DNA from: Catajapyx aquilonaris
Lineage: Eukaryota
Reading direction: 5' to 3'
DNA: 64,000 nt
NCBI GenBank assembly: GCA_000934665.2
Contig: KZ538413.1
Coordinates: 1-64,000, forward strand
Shown: positions 13,133-25,099 of the stretch, piece after piece
Layout: the number at the start of each line of letters is the position of its first letter
How positions within the stretch are numbered: position 1 is the stretch's first letter
Translations under genes and position numbers: made by a program
Notes under the pieces: generated by a model
The model's database searches: none
Seen by the model: the letters and a program-made list of their open reading frames with translations, nothing else
What the model was told of the DNA's origin: nothing

Positions 13133-14959
13133 GCGGACCCGTAGCCAAAATTTGGCAAAACCTGCAATGAGGACAATGGGAATGAAAAAAATGGGATGAG
13201 AGGCCTCTCGGAGTGACAACTAAGATATAGCGTATATCTGGTCGTAAGACGGGGTTGAAAAATTTAGTGGCATTGAATCAGTGGACAGTCATACTGTAGG
13301 CTATATTCTTGAGTCGGACATGAGAAAAGTCTTTTTCATAAAACCTCGCAATATACAACATTCTGTGTGAAGACTCTGTTGTTGGAGAGCAATGTTCCTT
13401 GTCGAGCAGTAGGAGTAGTGAATACTTTGACCTGACTTGGGTTGCGAGACCGGGACTGTGCCACATACAGCTGGCCGACAGGTTCATCCATCAGGTAAAT
13501 GCCCACGTGCTCAAAAGTCTGGCGCTGCGACTTGTTGATCGTCATGGCATAAGCTGGAATGATAGGAAACTGGCGGCGTTTGAGAACAAAAGGCATATTG
13601 ATGTCACTGGGAGCTAAGGTAATTCGGGGCAAGAAAACGACATGGCCGCGATTGCATTCCGACACTATTTCGGCAGCAATGAAATTAGCATGGAGCCCAG
13701 TGACCAATAGGCGACTGCCGTTGTAGAGGCCTTGTTTGGGATCGAGATTTCTTAGCAACATCACCACCACTCCTTGTTTCAGCAACAATTTATGCGGCGG
13801 CATGCCTGAGGGAGTGAGTTCATGCAAAAACTCTGGTGGAAAATTGAGGACGTCGTGTGGATCCTCGGAAACGACTGAATCGGAACTGTAATAGACAACA
13901 GACTGTGAAGGGAGTTTGTCAATAATGGATCGATTCATTTCAAGAGTTTTTTTGTTGGTAGGAGCTAGAATTACTCTCTTAGCAAGGTCTGCGACAGGAA
14001 TGTTGGATAAGTTGTCGCCGTAAATGGCTTCGATCAAATCGACTCTTGCAACCATTTGCGGAGGGATTTCAACGGAATCGCATGGCAATCCAGGTACATC
14101 TGGAAGACTCCCGGATCCGATGTTTAGTAGCCACGCGTTGTGTTCATTTTCCCCAGCGCTGCGCATGTTGGTGGTCAGAGCGAGGTGACTCGGGCCTCCA
14201 GAAAATGAATAGCTTCGTCGGGAATGGATTGGGTTAGAGGATGGCGTGCTAAGCGATGAGCTGCAGCGTCTGCCTGACGAATTCTGTCCAGGGACTCCTG
14301 ACTTTGCTTTGCTAGCCATCTAGCCTTGCGTGCCTTAGCCATCCGACGCTTTGTAGCAATGGGATCCTCCTCCTCCTCGTCAATTGTGCGGGTTAGAGGT
14401 TGGCGTGCTAAGCGATGAGCTGCAGCGTTTGCCTGACGAATTCTGTCCAGGGACTCCTGACTTTGCTTCGCTAGCCATCTAGCCTTGCGTGCCTTAGCCA
14501 TCCGACGCTTTCTAGAAATGGGATCCTCCTCCTCGTCCATTGTGCGGGTTGTGAGGATATGAGGCACTGAGCAGGTTGTGAGGACGTAAGGTACTGACCA
14601 CCGACAGAATAAAGCGACCATACTCTCCACTGCGCAGTGAGAAGTGAGTGTGTGGGCCACTGACCCACCCCACAACCCGCCGCCCCCTACCCCCGGCCTG
14701 ATGAGAAGGTGGCAGCCCTCACCCGGGGCCTGTATTGGCGGGAAAGGAAATAGGTGGCAGTTAGGACTTTTGGCGGGAAGGGGAAAAGGCGGCCAGATGA
14801 ATTCGTGCCGTGACTCACAGGTGGCAGCACTCCCTTGGCTGGCTTGGCTTGGCTGCCAAGGGAGTGCTGCCACCTTTGGGTCACGGCAATAATTTCTTCA
14901 GGCCGTGGTGGCGTTCCGGATGGTGGCGTGTTTCAGACAAGGCTATTATTATAGGGGGA

Positions 14960-15040
<81 letters not shown>

Positions 15041-17510
15041 TGGCTGACCATTGTAATAGCCTACACAGTATAATACACTGTTGTAACCAGCCATGCAAAA
15101 ACATAGATTCATTAAAAACTACTTGTAATCAAAAATGTGCAACCCCCAAATACAGTATGTATGACCAGTTATTAGCTCTTGGTATGACCTATACCTGTGA
15201 AGTAAAAATGATATTTTTAAAATGCTTGAATGTTCCCATCACCCCTGGAGTCAATTATTGAAATTCACATAAATTGCTAATGCAATATTTTGGTCTTTTC
15301 AGTTATAGCTTTCAGTTGCTGGTTAATGCTAATACCAACTATACTAACCATTCCCAAAATAAAGTAGAATGAACAAAATGGAAGGGAAAGTGCAGGCTTG
15401 TTGTATGATGTACAGTAGTAATAATTACTACTGTACATCATGCAACAAGCCTTTGGTGCTAAAGTTTTATAATTATTATAAAACTTTAGCACCAAAGTAA
15501 CGAACCTTTCCTGATTGACTATTTCAATTAGGCCTACTGGGAGGTTTGTAATTAATAGTAGCTACTTCAGAAAGTTAATCCTGTTGTCACAAGCCTTTCA
15601 AACGGCAGTTATAAAAATATTAGTTCAAATAATAACTTACTGGCCAGGGCACCTTTGCTGGTGTATCATCCAGTGTGCAATTTGGCACTGTTTATTGCAG
15701 TACCAGCCCTGGCACACTTTCCATGCAGAGCAAACCATTTGGGCATCTCGACCGCAATTCATGCATGGGAGGTGTGGAATCTGCAGAGGAGGCAATGGCC
15801 TCATCCAGTTGACTGGAGCTTGGTTGTTCAATGGCCTCTGACCATAGCTGACATTCTGATGCTTTGGAGTCTTGAACTGCACTATCAAAGGAACGGAAGA
15901 CTCATTCCTCTGGTAGCCATGCAACTTTTCAAGCGCCGCCTGTGCATCTTCACAGGTTGAGAACGTGGCAATAGCCCACGCTTTTTCGTAGTAATCAACA
16001 CAAACTCTTCGTGGTCGACTCAAGGTTACCTTCTGAATGAGGTTGGCTATACTTTTCTGTAAAAAAGCGAAAGTTGATCATTACTGCACTGCGGCAGCCT
16101 CTCAGACCTCACATCCACATAAAACATTTTACATACCCAGTATTCACATTAAGACTCACTGCAGTGCAATAATATTCTCATGGGTAGATTAGGATACATA
16201 ATATGCCCCTTACACGTCAACACAACTCCCACATTGACAATAGATTGCAGAGTATCATCCCATAGAACAGCAGGCAACCATCATTATCCATTGTGACAAC
16301 ACCAAATGATGAATAAAAATATTCAAATGCATGCTTGTGTCTTGTGACAAAGTGCAATGTTAGCTACTTGCTGAATCCACAGAACAATTCTGTACGACCA
16401 ACATGTAGCAAGTCCTGGTCAAACTGAGCTGTATCGCATTGGAGACGTTGCTTCCACCTAGATAAACAGAAGTGTTCATGCCCCTTCCCCCTCCCCCACC
16501 ACCACCACACCCCAGTCCGTGAGGGCGAATAGACCTTTTTAGAAATTTTACAGGAGAGACAAGATACGTTGAAAGTACGGTATGATGGCTAGTCAAAAGA
16601 AATTGAGACTGATGTTTTTTATGTGACAAATAGAATTAGTTCATGACTCGCGGTGAATGTCCTCGTGTCCAGAATGGATTGAAGTATTAGAACACCAATT
16701 CTTGTTCACATATTCCAAGATCCCAGGCGATGCGACGGTGACACTGGAAGTAGAGTTAGGTTCACATTTGCCTCTGCTGTGCAAGGAGGTCGGTGGTGAG
16801 GACCAAAATTCAGCGTTGAGGTATTGCTTCCGTTTGAATAAAACAGCGACGGAGGTGTACGACATGCTAAGATTGTGAACAGCAGATACTGGTCACCATG
16901 AATACCACAATAAATGAATAATCTATATAAATAAAGCCGTTTGTGAGTCTGTCTGTCTGTGTGTCTGTCTGTCCGCCTGCCAACCGTCATTTGCCTCCCA
17001 TCTGCGGTCCGGGTGGGAAGGACGGGAGGGGTTGCAGCTGAGGTGGGATTAGAGTACATCCAGTCTGTCAGCAGGTGGGGGGAGGCAGCGCCGGAGAGAT
17101 GCTATTGTTCTCCGGCGGCTTAATGAGGAGCAGATGGACAAGGTGGCACGTGCAAAAGTCGACTTTTTGCTAAGTCCAAAACGTCTGGGAAAACTGTCAC
17201 GGCGGCTCTCTGTGCGTGAAAATTTTGACGGGGCTACTGGCAGGTGTTTTCCCTTCCTTCATTTCTTCCCGGGCAACGCCGGGTGCCGCATCTAGTAAAT
17301 AATATTCAGACCGGACGTTAGTCTACGTGGCACATATTTACCAAGAACATTTACGTCATATTGGTCATACAGTAATGGGCATTCAGGTTCTCCACTTTCC
17401 AGTTCACAAAAGTCAAATCTTAAAATCAGTCTAGTAGGCCTACTTACTTTTTTCATCCATTTTGGTAGCCCTCTGATGTAAAGGGCAGTGTTTACGCCTA
17501 CTGATGACAT
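9152..17510 (-). CDS. vret: Vreteno/Veneno-like protein (RRM + MYND zinc finger + one extended Tudor domain); exons 17510-17448, 16056-15641, 12150-11037, 9313-9152; 584 aa
   Basis: Canonical splice sites with matching phases (0,2,0). RRM: LYIRGLP...WAIATF...DAQAALEKLHGY...PLIVQF. MYND: CMNC...YCNKQCQIAHWMIHQQRC. Tudor: WYRAKV...IEYMDFGN...CRLAGV...WT. The RRM-MYND-Tudor order is characteristic of the vreteno family. Confidence 0.8.
9495..9632. mobile_element. Short MITE (PIF/Harbinger-like TIRs)
   Basis: TGCCCGATTGCAC ... GTGCAATCGGGCA with an internal palindrome. Confidence 0.6.
10188..10349. mobile_element. 162-bp palindromic MITE, copy 1
   Basis: About 65-bp near-perfect inverted arms; same family and length as 18588-18749. 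Confidence 0.85.
13052..13131. repeat. (TTA)n microsatellite flanking the Helitron; a matching run is at 14961-15040
   Basis: Read directly from the sequence. Confidence 0.95.
13130..14959 (-). mobile_element. Internally deleted Helitron carrying the C-terminal half of a PIF1-type helicase
   Basis: 5' TCCCCCTATAATAATAG; 3' GCCAAATTTTGGC hairpin then CTAA. ORF motifs LTTNMR, ILAPTN, PSGMPPHKLLLK, VMLLRNLD, RRQFPIIPAYAMTINKSQ, GQLYVA. Rep nuclease region absent; N-terminal basic repeat duplicated. Confidence 0.92.
16790..16878 (+). mobile_element. Mariner transposase N-terminal HTH remnant
   Basis: Translation QNSALRYCFRLNKTATEVYDML resembles the mariner N-terminal QRxxIKFCxxLGKTATETYxML pattern. 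Confidence 0.55.
16922..17295 (+). mobile_element. Non-autonomous Helitron
   Basis: Inserted between A and T; 5' TCTATATAAATAAAG, internal (GTCT)n, 3' hairpin CCCGGGCAACGCCGGG and terminal CTAG. Confidence 0.9.
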
Positions 17511-17961
17511 CCTGAAAATATTTAAAAATTATTAGCATACCATTCTTCTGAATTTTGTGCAAAAATGAATACCGTACCAATTTAAAAACAACTTGAGTTC
17601 TCTGTCTTTCTCCTGAAAATGAAGCACATTCACAAAAGCGCATTCCCAGGGCTTTCGCTGCGTGAAGTGAAAATTCTCGCCGGTTACTTTGATCGAGGGT
17701 GTAACCACTTCGTGGAACCGGTGTACAGGGTCCCTCTGGAACCGACCTGGAACCAGGTGGAACCAGGTGGAACTGGCTTGGAACCAGGTGGCTGGTGTCC
17801 ACTTTTTGGGGGGAGTCGATTACCCCCTTGAGTTTGATTCCACCCTATATTCTGCGAGCCAAGGCCATGTCACAGCGTGCAGCTGTCAGAATTTCTGCTG
17901 CTGGGAAGGTACTGTACTGTACTGCCATAGCATGTGGTGATAACAATGAGTATAACCAGTA

Positions 17962-19053
17962 CAGTGAAATCTGTGAAGTTGGACACTCTAATGTTGAATA
18001 TTTTTTGGAACCGTCGATAAGCGCCTATCTCCTGTCATGTCTAAACTGGTTGCTAAGCTGGACACCCCTCTATCTTGGAAGTTGGACACATTTTCCACCT
18101 TAAGTTGGACAAGAGTAGGCCTACAGTACAATAGTTTCACTTTTGTTGTATGTGAATTCTCTTTTTTTCTCTAAAAATTGAACCATGCTGAGGTCTGCAT
18201 AGATTATTTTGTGCAGCATGCCTGAGACATGTCTTGCGTAATCACCATAAGTGAATCATCAGAAAATGAAGCCGTTGAAGCGTCTGGTTGCGATGATAAC
18301 ATCCACCCCGCCTTATCAGGACGCCCTTGAGAGAATCATTAAATAATTTGAACGTTGTGCTTTGGCATGGCAACCCACTCTTACCGTTGACGACATTTTT
18401 GCTATCCTAAAGAAAATTGATACTAATCTGATTTAAAAGAAGGTGGTAAGCTTAAAACAGTCACTTGTTACCGATTTTTTTAAACCAAAAAGTAGGCGAG
18501 TTTCAGAAATTGTGTACTGCACTACACTGCATACTGTACAATAGTATAGGACTACAGTATGTATACACTGTGATATAGCCTACTGTACAGTACTGGCCAA
18601 TAATCGAGGCAACGACTAGCGACATTTTCCCGAAGCGGCAGAAGAAGGAATCTTGCTCGCCCGGCTTGTAGCATGCTTATCTTCGATTCATTCTTCTGCC
18701 GCTTCGGGAAAATGTCGCTAGTCGTTGCCTCGATTATTGGCCAGTACTGTACCAAAAATAAATAAGCATTCATTGGAAGCTGGGTGAATATTGTACAGTT
18801 CTTAGGTCACGTTTACATGTGAGCGATTCGCTCAACGATTAATCCAATATTGTTTGTGGGCGAAAATCGATTGTTACTGTCGCCCCACACAATCGGATTC
18901 ATCGCTGAGCGAATCGCTCAGAATATGTAAACGCGACCTGTACTATACTGTATAGTACGTGAAGTAGGAAACACTAATGCCTAATATGTTGGGCAACTCC
19001 CTATGTTTGACATTTTTGGAACCTTCAGTGTCCAACATAGACAGGTTTCACTG
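17962..19053. mobile_element. pogo/Tigger-like non-autonomous element containing two nested MITEs (18588-18749, 18804-18939)
   Basis: TA|CAGTGAAATCTGT..GTTGGACACT and AGTGTCCAAC..ACAGGTTTCACTG|TA terminal inverted repeats. Confidence 0.7.
18588..18749. mobile_element. 162-bp palindromic MITE, copy 2 (opposite orientation to copy 1)
   Basis: TA on both sides; CAGTACTGGCC ends; spacer is approximately the reverse complement of the spacer of 10188-10349. Confidence 0.85.
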
Positions 19054-20040
19054 TAACTGTCCATTTGTAACACTGTAACTGTAGGCTACGGCCAAGATGG
19101 ATAAACACAGATTCGTTTGCTCTGTGTCACCAAAATGAAGCAGCTCCAGTTCAGGGTACATCGCTATAGTTACTATGATTACTGATTAGCATAGAGAAAG
19201 CCTTTCCTAACGATACCTTTTCTTTCCCCAACTGGCCTGTGACCTGTTCCAGACGAACCAGCCTTAGTAAGAATTGAAAAAAAAAAGAGAAACAGTCTGG
19301 GAGGCTCACAGAGGTTCACCAGAACTGGACACTGGAGTAATCACTGTCGCTTCAACGAGAAGAATGGCGTCGGAATAAAGGCAAACCATCGCGGAGTTTG
19401 TATTGGGGAGCACATGATGCGCGCACATTCAGGCGCTGCCCAATAGAAGATGGGATGGCAACGAGCGGGCCAACCAGCAGTCTAAACCTCGTCCTACCCT
19501 GTGCGGTTATTACAAAATGCCGTTAAAATCTTGAACTGATGGTGCATTTTATTTTAATAATAGTAAAATGGCAAAATTTAAAGTGGATGAGTAATTTGTT
19601 TCTGGTAGTGAAGCTATTTCATCAAGATCGCAAGGCTGGGCCAATCAGAACATGGGTTTTGTAGATTGTGATCAATCGCGGCGAGTTTAGCTTCGCGAAC
19701 AGTCGTCTTGTTTCGATTACGTCGGACTTGATGAAATCGTTTCCTATCGCGTTTCCTGAGACTGATGTTTATAGCAATGGTTTCTCATTCTTACAATCCC
19801 AAAGAGACATTTGCTATTTCCTAGTCGCCTTTGATATTCAGAGCGTACTGTTCTGCTGTAATCTTTATGGGTTTATTAATTACCACGATGTCTCGATAAT
19901 CTCGAACGTTCCTTCTCAGACGGTCTAGCACTTCCGCCTATATTACATGCGAACCTTAATAAAGTTTAACGTTTCTTGCATCTCATTATATTTTTGTTGA
20001 CTAGCTCGATCCTTTCTACGGACATTCTGTGTTTACTTAC

Positions 20041-20191
20041 CCGGCAATGTGGCTATAGGGGGTGACTCAACAAAATTGTATGAATCCTTTTCAAGCCGCC
20101 TGTTCTGTGCAAGTACTTGCGGGTGTACCATCATTCGAATTCGAACGTCTGGGAGAGGGAACGGCAGCTACTCAGTGACGTCACCGGAAGT
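20041..20191 (-). promoter_or_regulatory. Candidate promoter and non-coding first exon of the vreteno-like gene
   Basis: Strong donor GG|GTAAGT at 20040 (minus strand); abutting TGACGTCA (CRE, 20176-20183) and CCGGAAGT (ETS, 20184-20191) motifs. Confidence 0.5.
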
Positions 20192-20214
20192 CCCTTTCAT
20201 TTACTCGCAAATCC

Positions 20215-20566
20215 AAATATTTTTTTTTACGTTACCCCGTGCTAGGGCCATAGGTCCTTATAGGGGGGTGGGATACCGCCACCATTTCCTTCAATTTTCT
20301 ATTTTTTCTTCTTCACTCCGGTGCAAGGATGAAAGGACATGGGGAAGGGATAGGGGATTTTTGGGGAGGGAACATGGGTGCAAGGTGCACGTCTGAAAAC
20401 GGGTCATGTGCTGTTCCCCAGGAGGTTAGGTTGCCAGACACCTCCTTGGTGCAGGTCAGAGACCCTCCTGACGCAGGTGAAAGGAAAGTTCCCCAGGCGG
20501 GGATCGAACCTGGGGCCTTTCACACAGCAAGCCGTGACGTTACCATCACGGCCACCACACCTCCCC
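20215..20566 (-). mobile_element. tRNA-derived SINE, family A
   Basis: A box and B box (GGTTCGATCCC) on the minus strand; TSD CGCAAATCC; homologous to 40089-40406 and 52947-53275. Confidence 0.9.
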
Positions 20567-20575
20567 CGCAAATCC

Positions 20576-20662
<87 letters not shown>
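20576..20662. repeat. (TAA)n microsatellite
   Basis: Read directly from the sequence. Confidence 0.95.
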
Positions 20663-20663
<1 letters not shown>

Positions 20664-20989
20664 TATTACTTTAATAATTCTTTTTATCATAATATTATTT
20701 TGTAGGCTTTGATTATTATGTTGTTTTATTGTGAGTAGGCAATTGGCAGAACATCCGCTGCGCCATGGCGCCATCTCAGTGATGCGGCCGGTGTGCAAAG
20801 TAAAAGTAGGCAATAGAATGACGTGAGAGTTCAGGCTATTTAGTATGTAGGCTTTGCCCTGCAGCACGCCCTGCAGGAAGTACTGTCAGTCATACACTCA
20901 TATGTCATTTTATCACATTTTATAGCGAACATGCAATGGCACGGAGTCGCAGTTAGAGTTACGCGCTTCCCCCCCCCCCCCCCCCCCCC

Positions 20990-21093
20990 NNNNNNNNNNN
21001 NNNNNNNNNNNNNNNNNNNNNNNNNNNNNNNNNNNNNNNNNNNNNNNNNNNNNNNNNNNNNNNNNNNNNNNNNNNNNNNNNNNNNNNNNNNNN
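20990..21093. other. Assembly gap beside poly-C/poly-G; a second gap is at 22974-23078
   Basis: N runs. Confidence 1.
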
Positions 21094-21379
21094 GACTGGG
21101 GGGGGGGGGGGGGGCTGGCCGAGGGTATGGCGCTAAAAAAGTAAAATAATTGGTCACAAAAATTTAGGCCGCTTTGGGCGCAAAATGTGTGTCGGTGCGT
21201 GCGAATATGAGTCGCCTTGGGAGTGAACCATGAGGAGATGATATATTTTTTAAAAAGAGGGGACGAGAATCACTGCTACTTTTGCCGACTCCTGCAACAA
21301 CATGGTGACTGCTCCTTTTGAGCAGCAGTGACAAAATCACTGCTACGTGATTTATGGCACACACCTACTTTTCCTCTCT

Positions 21380-21471
21380 ACTTAGTCTACTACTCTCTTC
21401 TGCTTGAATCAGACCACCTGCTGCGGCTGAAGCGGAGCGAAGTTCTTCTTTGTTGGGTGACTCCAGTCAGG
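21380..21471 (+). other. Candidate non-coding first exon of the coiled-coil gene
   Basis: CpG-rich region ending in donor AGG|GTGAGT at 21472; 5' boundary uncertain. Confidence 0.4.
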
Positions 21472-22650
21472 GTGAGTGAGGCTACAGGGCCAGACCAGGA
21501 GCAGACCCATGGCCGAACGCACTGTCAGAGTGTCAGGGTCGGTGCCACACTATACGTACATGATATGTATACGAATAAATCTGCCTAAATTATACGGGTG
21601 GTAGCGGAGGGATCTGAAAGAATGACATGGGTTCGAAAGGCCGTCGACGCGACGATGTCTAACGGCAGTCTAACCTGACAATAATTATGGGTACCCCGGT
21701 GTATACGTGTATTGCTGGTTGCCGGAGTCAGGCGGTTGAGCAACAGTCTGGTAGTGCGAGCGCCTGACTCCGGCCACCAGCAATACAGACATGTATGGGG
21801 GTATCCACACTTGTCAGGATGGACATGGTAGACATCTCCAAAACGGATCGTCGCCGGCCTTTCGGACACATGCCATGCTTCTTCCATATGCATCCCCTGC
21901 CACCCATGCACCCATGTCATGTCATATTGTCATATTTATTCGTATACACCCTGTATACAGAGGTGAAACTGGACATGCGAAATTTTTCGTGGGAGTTCTG
22001 CCAGTAGTGCTTGTGAACCTGGTGAAACCTGCATTCAGCATTTACTCGTTATAGAAGTGCCATTTAAAAAAAACATCTGAAAAAGTTCAGATCGCCATTT
22101 TGGAGAACCCGGCTCATGAAGGGTTGCCATAGAGAATGCATTTATTGGGTTTGTGTGTGATACTGTACTCTTCTCTGGCCATTTTCTCACAATTAATCAA
22201 GTGTGTCACCTGTATTTGGTTCTGGAAACAGGGTGAAGGGAAGGTACGGAATTGCTATTGGCCAGTTTGGAACTAAGGCAGAAAGGGAATGATGTGGAAG
22301 GTTTTGCATCCTTTCCTTTGCTGCGGATAATCCCTTGTTGGTGCAAACAGATCCTATCCTATGCTACTTTCTAGTCACTGCACTAATGGCTTGAAGAGAT
22401 TTTTCGTTTGCTGTCTTACTTACTACGTGGGCAGTACTGTGTCACAGTTCATCCCACTCTGCCATGTACTCCGCTATTATTGCTTCAAGCAGAGAATGAT
22501 AAATGCAACCTCACAATCCCAACAGTGATTTTCAACAGTGTCAGAAAACAGAAATGAAACTAAAATTGACTGCATGAGTAAAGTAGGCTACAGTACATGG
22601 GACTAGAATAATATTGTCAGCTTTCTGTCATGTGGGTTGTGGGAAGGTGG

Positions 22651-22945
22651 CTTCAGTTTTAGGTTTATTAGGAATAAACCAAAGCAAATTATTAGCTCTT
22701 GACCAAAGCCACTATGGCTATCTGGTTATTAGAAGACACAAAGGTGAGACAGATGGAGAGAGAAACAAAGAGAAAATAGAAAAGAGAAAAGACTGGTATC
22801 TCTCTTCTATCTGTCTTCAGTCTGTCTCCTATCCCAAAGACCTGTAGTCTCACTTGGGTGGCTCTGCCAGTAGACGAAGCTACCTCTGGCATAGCTCTTG
22901 GGGTCACGAGAGAAATGCAAACCCCACCAACACGACAAGGTGGAG
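22651..22945 (-). mobile_element. Short non-autonomous retroelement with an RTE-like 5'UTR motif; 5'-truncated second copy at 26863-27045
   Basis: Minus strand reads CCTTGTCGTG..GGGGTTTGCAT..GAGCTATGCC..GCCACCCAAG..ACAGGTC; both copies end in TAATAAACC(AAACC). Confidence 0.6.
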
Positions 22946-23461
22946 ATACATCAATGGGGGGGGGGGGGGGGGGNNNNNNNNNNNNNNNNNNNNNNNNNNN
23001 NNNNNNNNNNNNNNNNNNNNNNNNNNNNNNNNNNNNNNNNNNNNNNNNNNNNNNNNNNNNNNNNNNNNNNNNNNNNNNACGCCAGCATGCACCCCCCCCC
23101 CCTCCCCCATCAGCTGCCATTCAAATACATGTAAACATGTTATTCACTCCTGATGAAAAGCAGTTTTTATACCAACAAAAAAAGCATCAAGCGCATGTAC
23201 TGTACATACTTACAGCATAATTTCTTTTGTTGAAAACTGTTGGATAAGCTGAGGTTGAATAATTCTGAGTAGACCTATAGCCATGTAATAACCGAAGGAG
23301 AATTCACTTGGTTATGTGGCTTACTTGTTATTTGCAATTTCCTCCCTCCCCTGGTCCATCAGTTAATTTGCTCTATGTTGGTACCTTTTTGACCATTCTG
23401 CAGCATGTAGGGAGTGAAAAAAAAGGCTCAATGTTCAGTGGCAAAAATTGCATGCACCATT

Positions 23462-23540
23462 GCTCCTGCCTGCAGCTCAGGAGTAGAGCAGCACTTGTAC
23501 AGTATAAGTGTGGTCCTAGGTTCGATTCCTAGTGGGAGCT
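23462..23540 (+). pseudogene. tRNA-like sequence (pseudogene or isolated SINE head)
   Basis: Acceptor stem GCTCCTG/TGGGAGC, D stem GCTC/GAGC, anticodon stem CACTT/AAGTG with an aberrant 9-nt loop, T arm CTAGG-TTCGATT-CCTAG. Confidence 0.55.
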
Positions 23541-23610
23541 GTGTTTATGTGCAACGGCCACCCTGGAGCAAGACTTCCTGCATTGGGATTTCTGAAGAGC
23601 AGGAACAATA

Positions 23611-25069
23611 GGGGGAAGCTCTTGTACCTTGGACCGCTTTGTGTCATACCTTGGGACATGGTCATTTTCTCGCCAACTGTTGGCGAGAAAAGCACTAACC
23701 TGAACTAATGTCATGCTCCTTAAATGGCCCTAACCCCATTGTGTTTTCAGCATCATGAGATGAAGTGTCTGCCTGCTGCATGAAAATATAAGTTTTTAAG
23801 TAGTAAAAGTAATTTCAGTCACCTTATTAGTGAAAGGTACCATCATAGCCCAGAAAGTTACAAAGATCTGAATTTGGCTCCTGCTCTTAATGCTAGGGCG
23901 TTTTGTGCACCACAATGTGGCCAACTGAATAGTGTAATAAAAGCAGCCATATTTTGAGTGGCACCACGTTTTGGAGTCTAGGCTTTATCTTGTACCTTGG
24001 GACACTGACCCATTTTGTACCTTGGGGCACATCCCTACCTAAGACAACCTACCTAAGAGTGATGTTCTGCTCAAAATTCCCTGCCAATGAAGTGTGGAGG
24101 TTCCCTGCTGCAACGTGAGCAGTTGACATTTGGTGTGGACTTGTCGGAGTACAATATTTAGTAGGATCTATCATTCCTAGGTCTGTGTAGGCCCTACTAT
24201 TTTTAAATTTGATTACTCCACACCAAATGTAAACTGTTCACAGATTATATGGAGCTACATGCATACAAAATGTACCTGGATTAAAATAAACATGGACATA
24301 TTTGGAAGTAGCCGATTCTCATGTTTCTTTTTGTTGTTGTCCCAAGATACACATCCTTATTGCCCAAGGTATACTACTACTCTTGTACCTTGGGACAGTT
24401 GCAGAGGTTCCGTATTTATTTTTAAAAGTGATCAATAAGTTGATGCTAGCCCACATGCTGCCATAGCCATGGCAGGTAGGTTGGCTACCCTGGGGCATAG
24501 TGTGGGGTGAAGGAGCTTGGGAGGAAGAGGTGTAAGAGGAATAAAGAAGGTTGGTGATTATTACCGGTATATTATAGAACCCCCTGTGAAGATGGATCAG
24601 GCCTTACCGTAAGGTAAGTGACTAGGGGCCTGACAATGGTATTGTGAGGAAGTAGTTGACAATGCAAATACAGTGGACCATGGATTATTATCCGAACACC
24701 GAACAACCAAACATTTTCGGGTCGGCAAAAATTGGCCTTTTTTCCCCCTAAACTGTAGGACTACTTCATGTAAGGACAGTAAGGTATATGTACAGTATTT
24801 TTAAGACGTGCCTGTGACAGAAAATATACCGGTACAGTTTTGTGGCTAATATCACTGTTTCTTAGTTTCATATTGCTCCACACTTGTACAATTTTTTTCC
24901 GTAAATGATCGGTTATCCGAACAATCAGTTATCCGAACTGCTCCACTCTATATGATTTATCCGTAATATGTGCTTTATCCACTGGCTCATAAATAAAAGA
25001 CTAGTAACAGATATTGACAAAGTTAAAAATGTTTATGTAAAATTGTCCCAAGGTATAAGAGCTTCCTTG
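23611..25069. mobile_element. Non-autonomous TIR element with internal TGTACCTTGGGAC subrepeats
   Basis: GGAAGCTCTTGTACCTTGG at the left end and CCAAGGTATAAGAGCTTCC at the right end. Confidence 0.55.
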
Positions 25070-25099
25070 TGTTTAATACTTCTGTTATTTACATCCAGC

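Noticed and set aside
12953..15261. Poly-Ile/Leu/Tyr ORFs (also near 20.6 and 55.6 kb)
   Set aside because: Translations of (TTA)n microsatellites.
17712..17790. GGAACC(AGGT) short repeats as a CRISPR-like array
   Set aside because: Irregular minisatellite with no unique spacers; eukaryotic context with no cas genes.
18385..18406. 22-nt ATG-containing micro-exon for the vreteno-like gene
   Set aside because: Lies inside a pogo-like element and is out of frame with the RRM exon.
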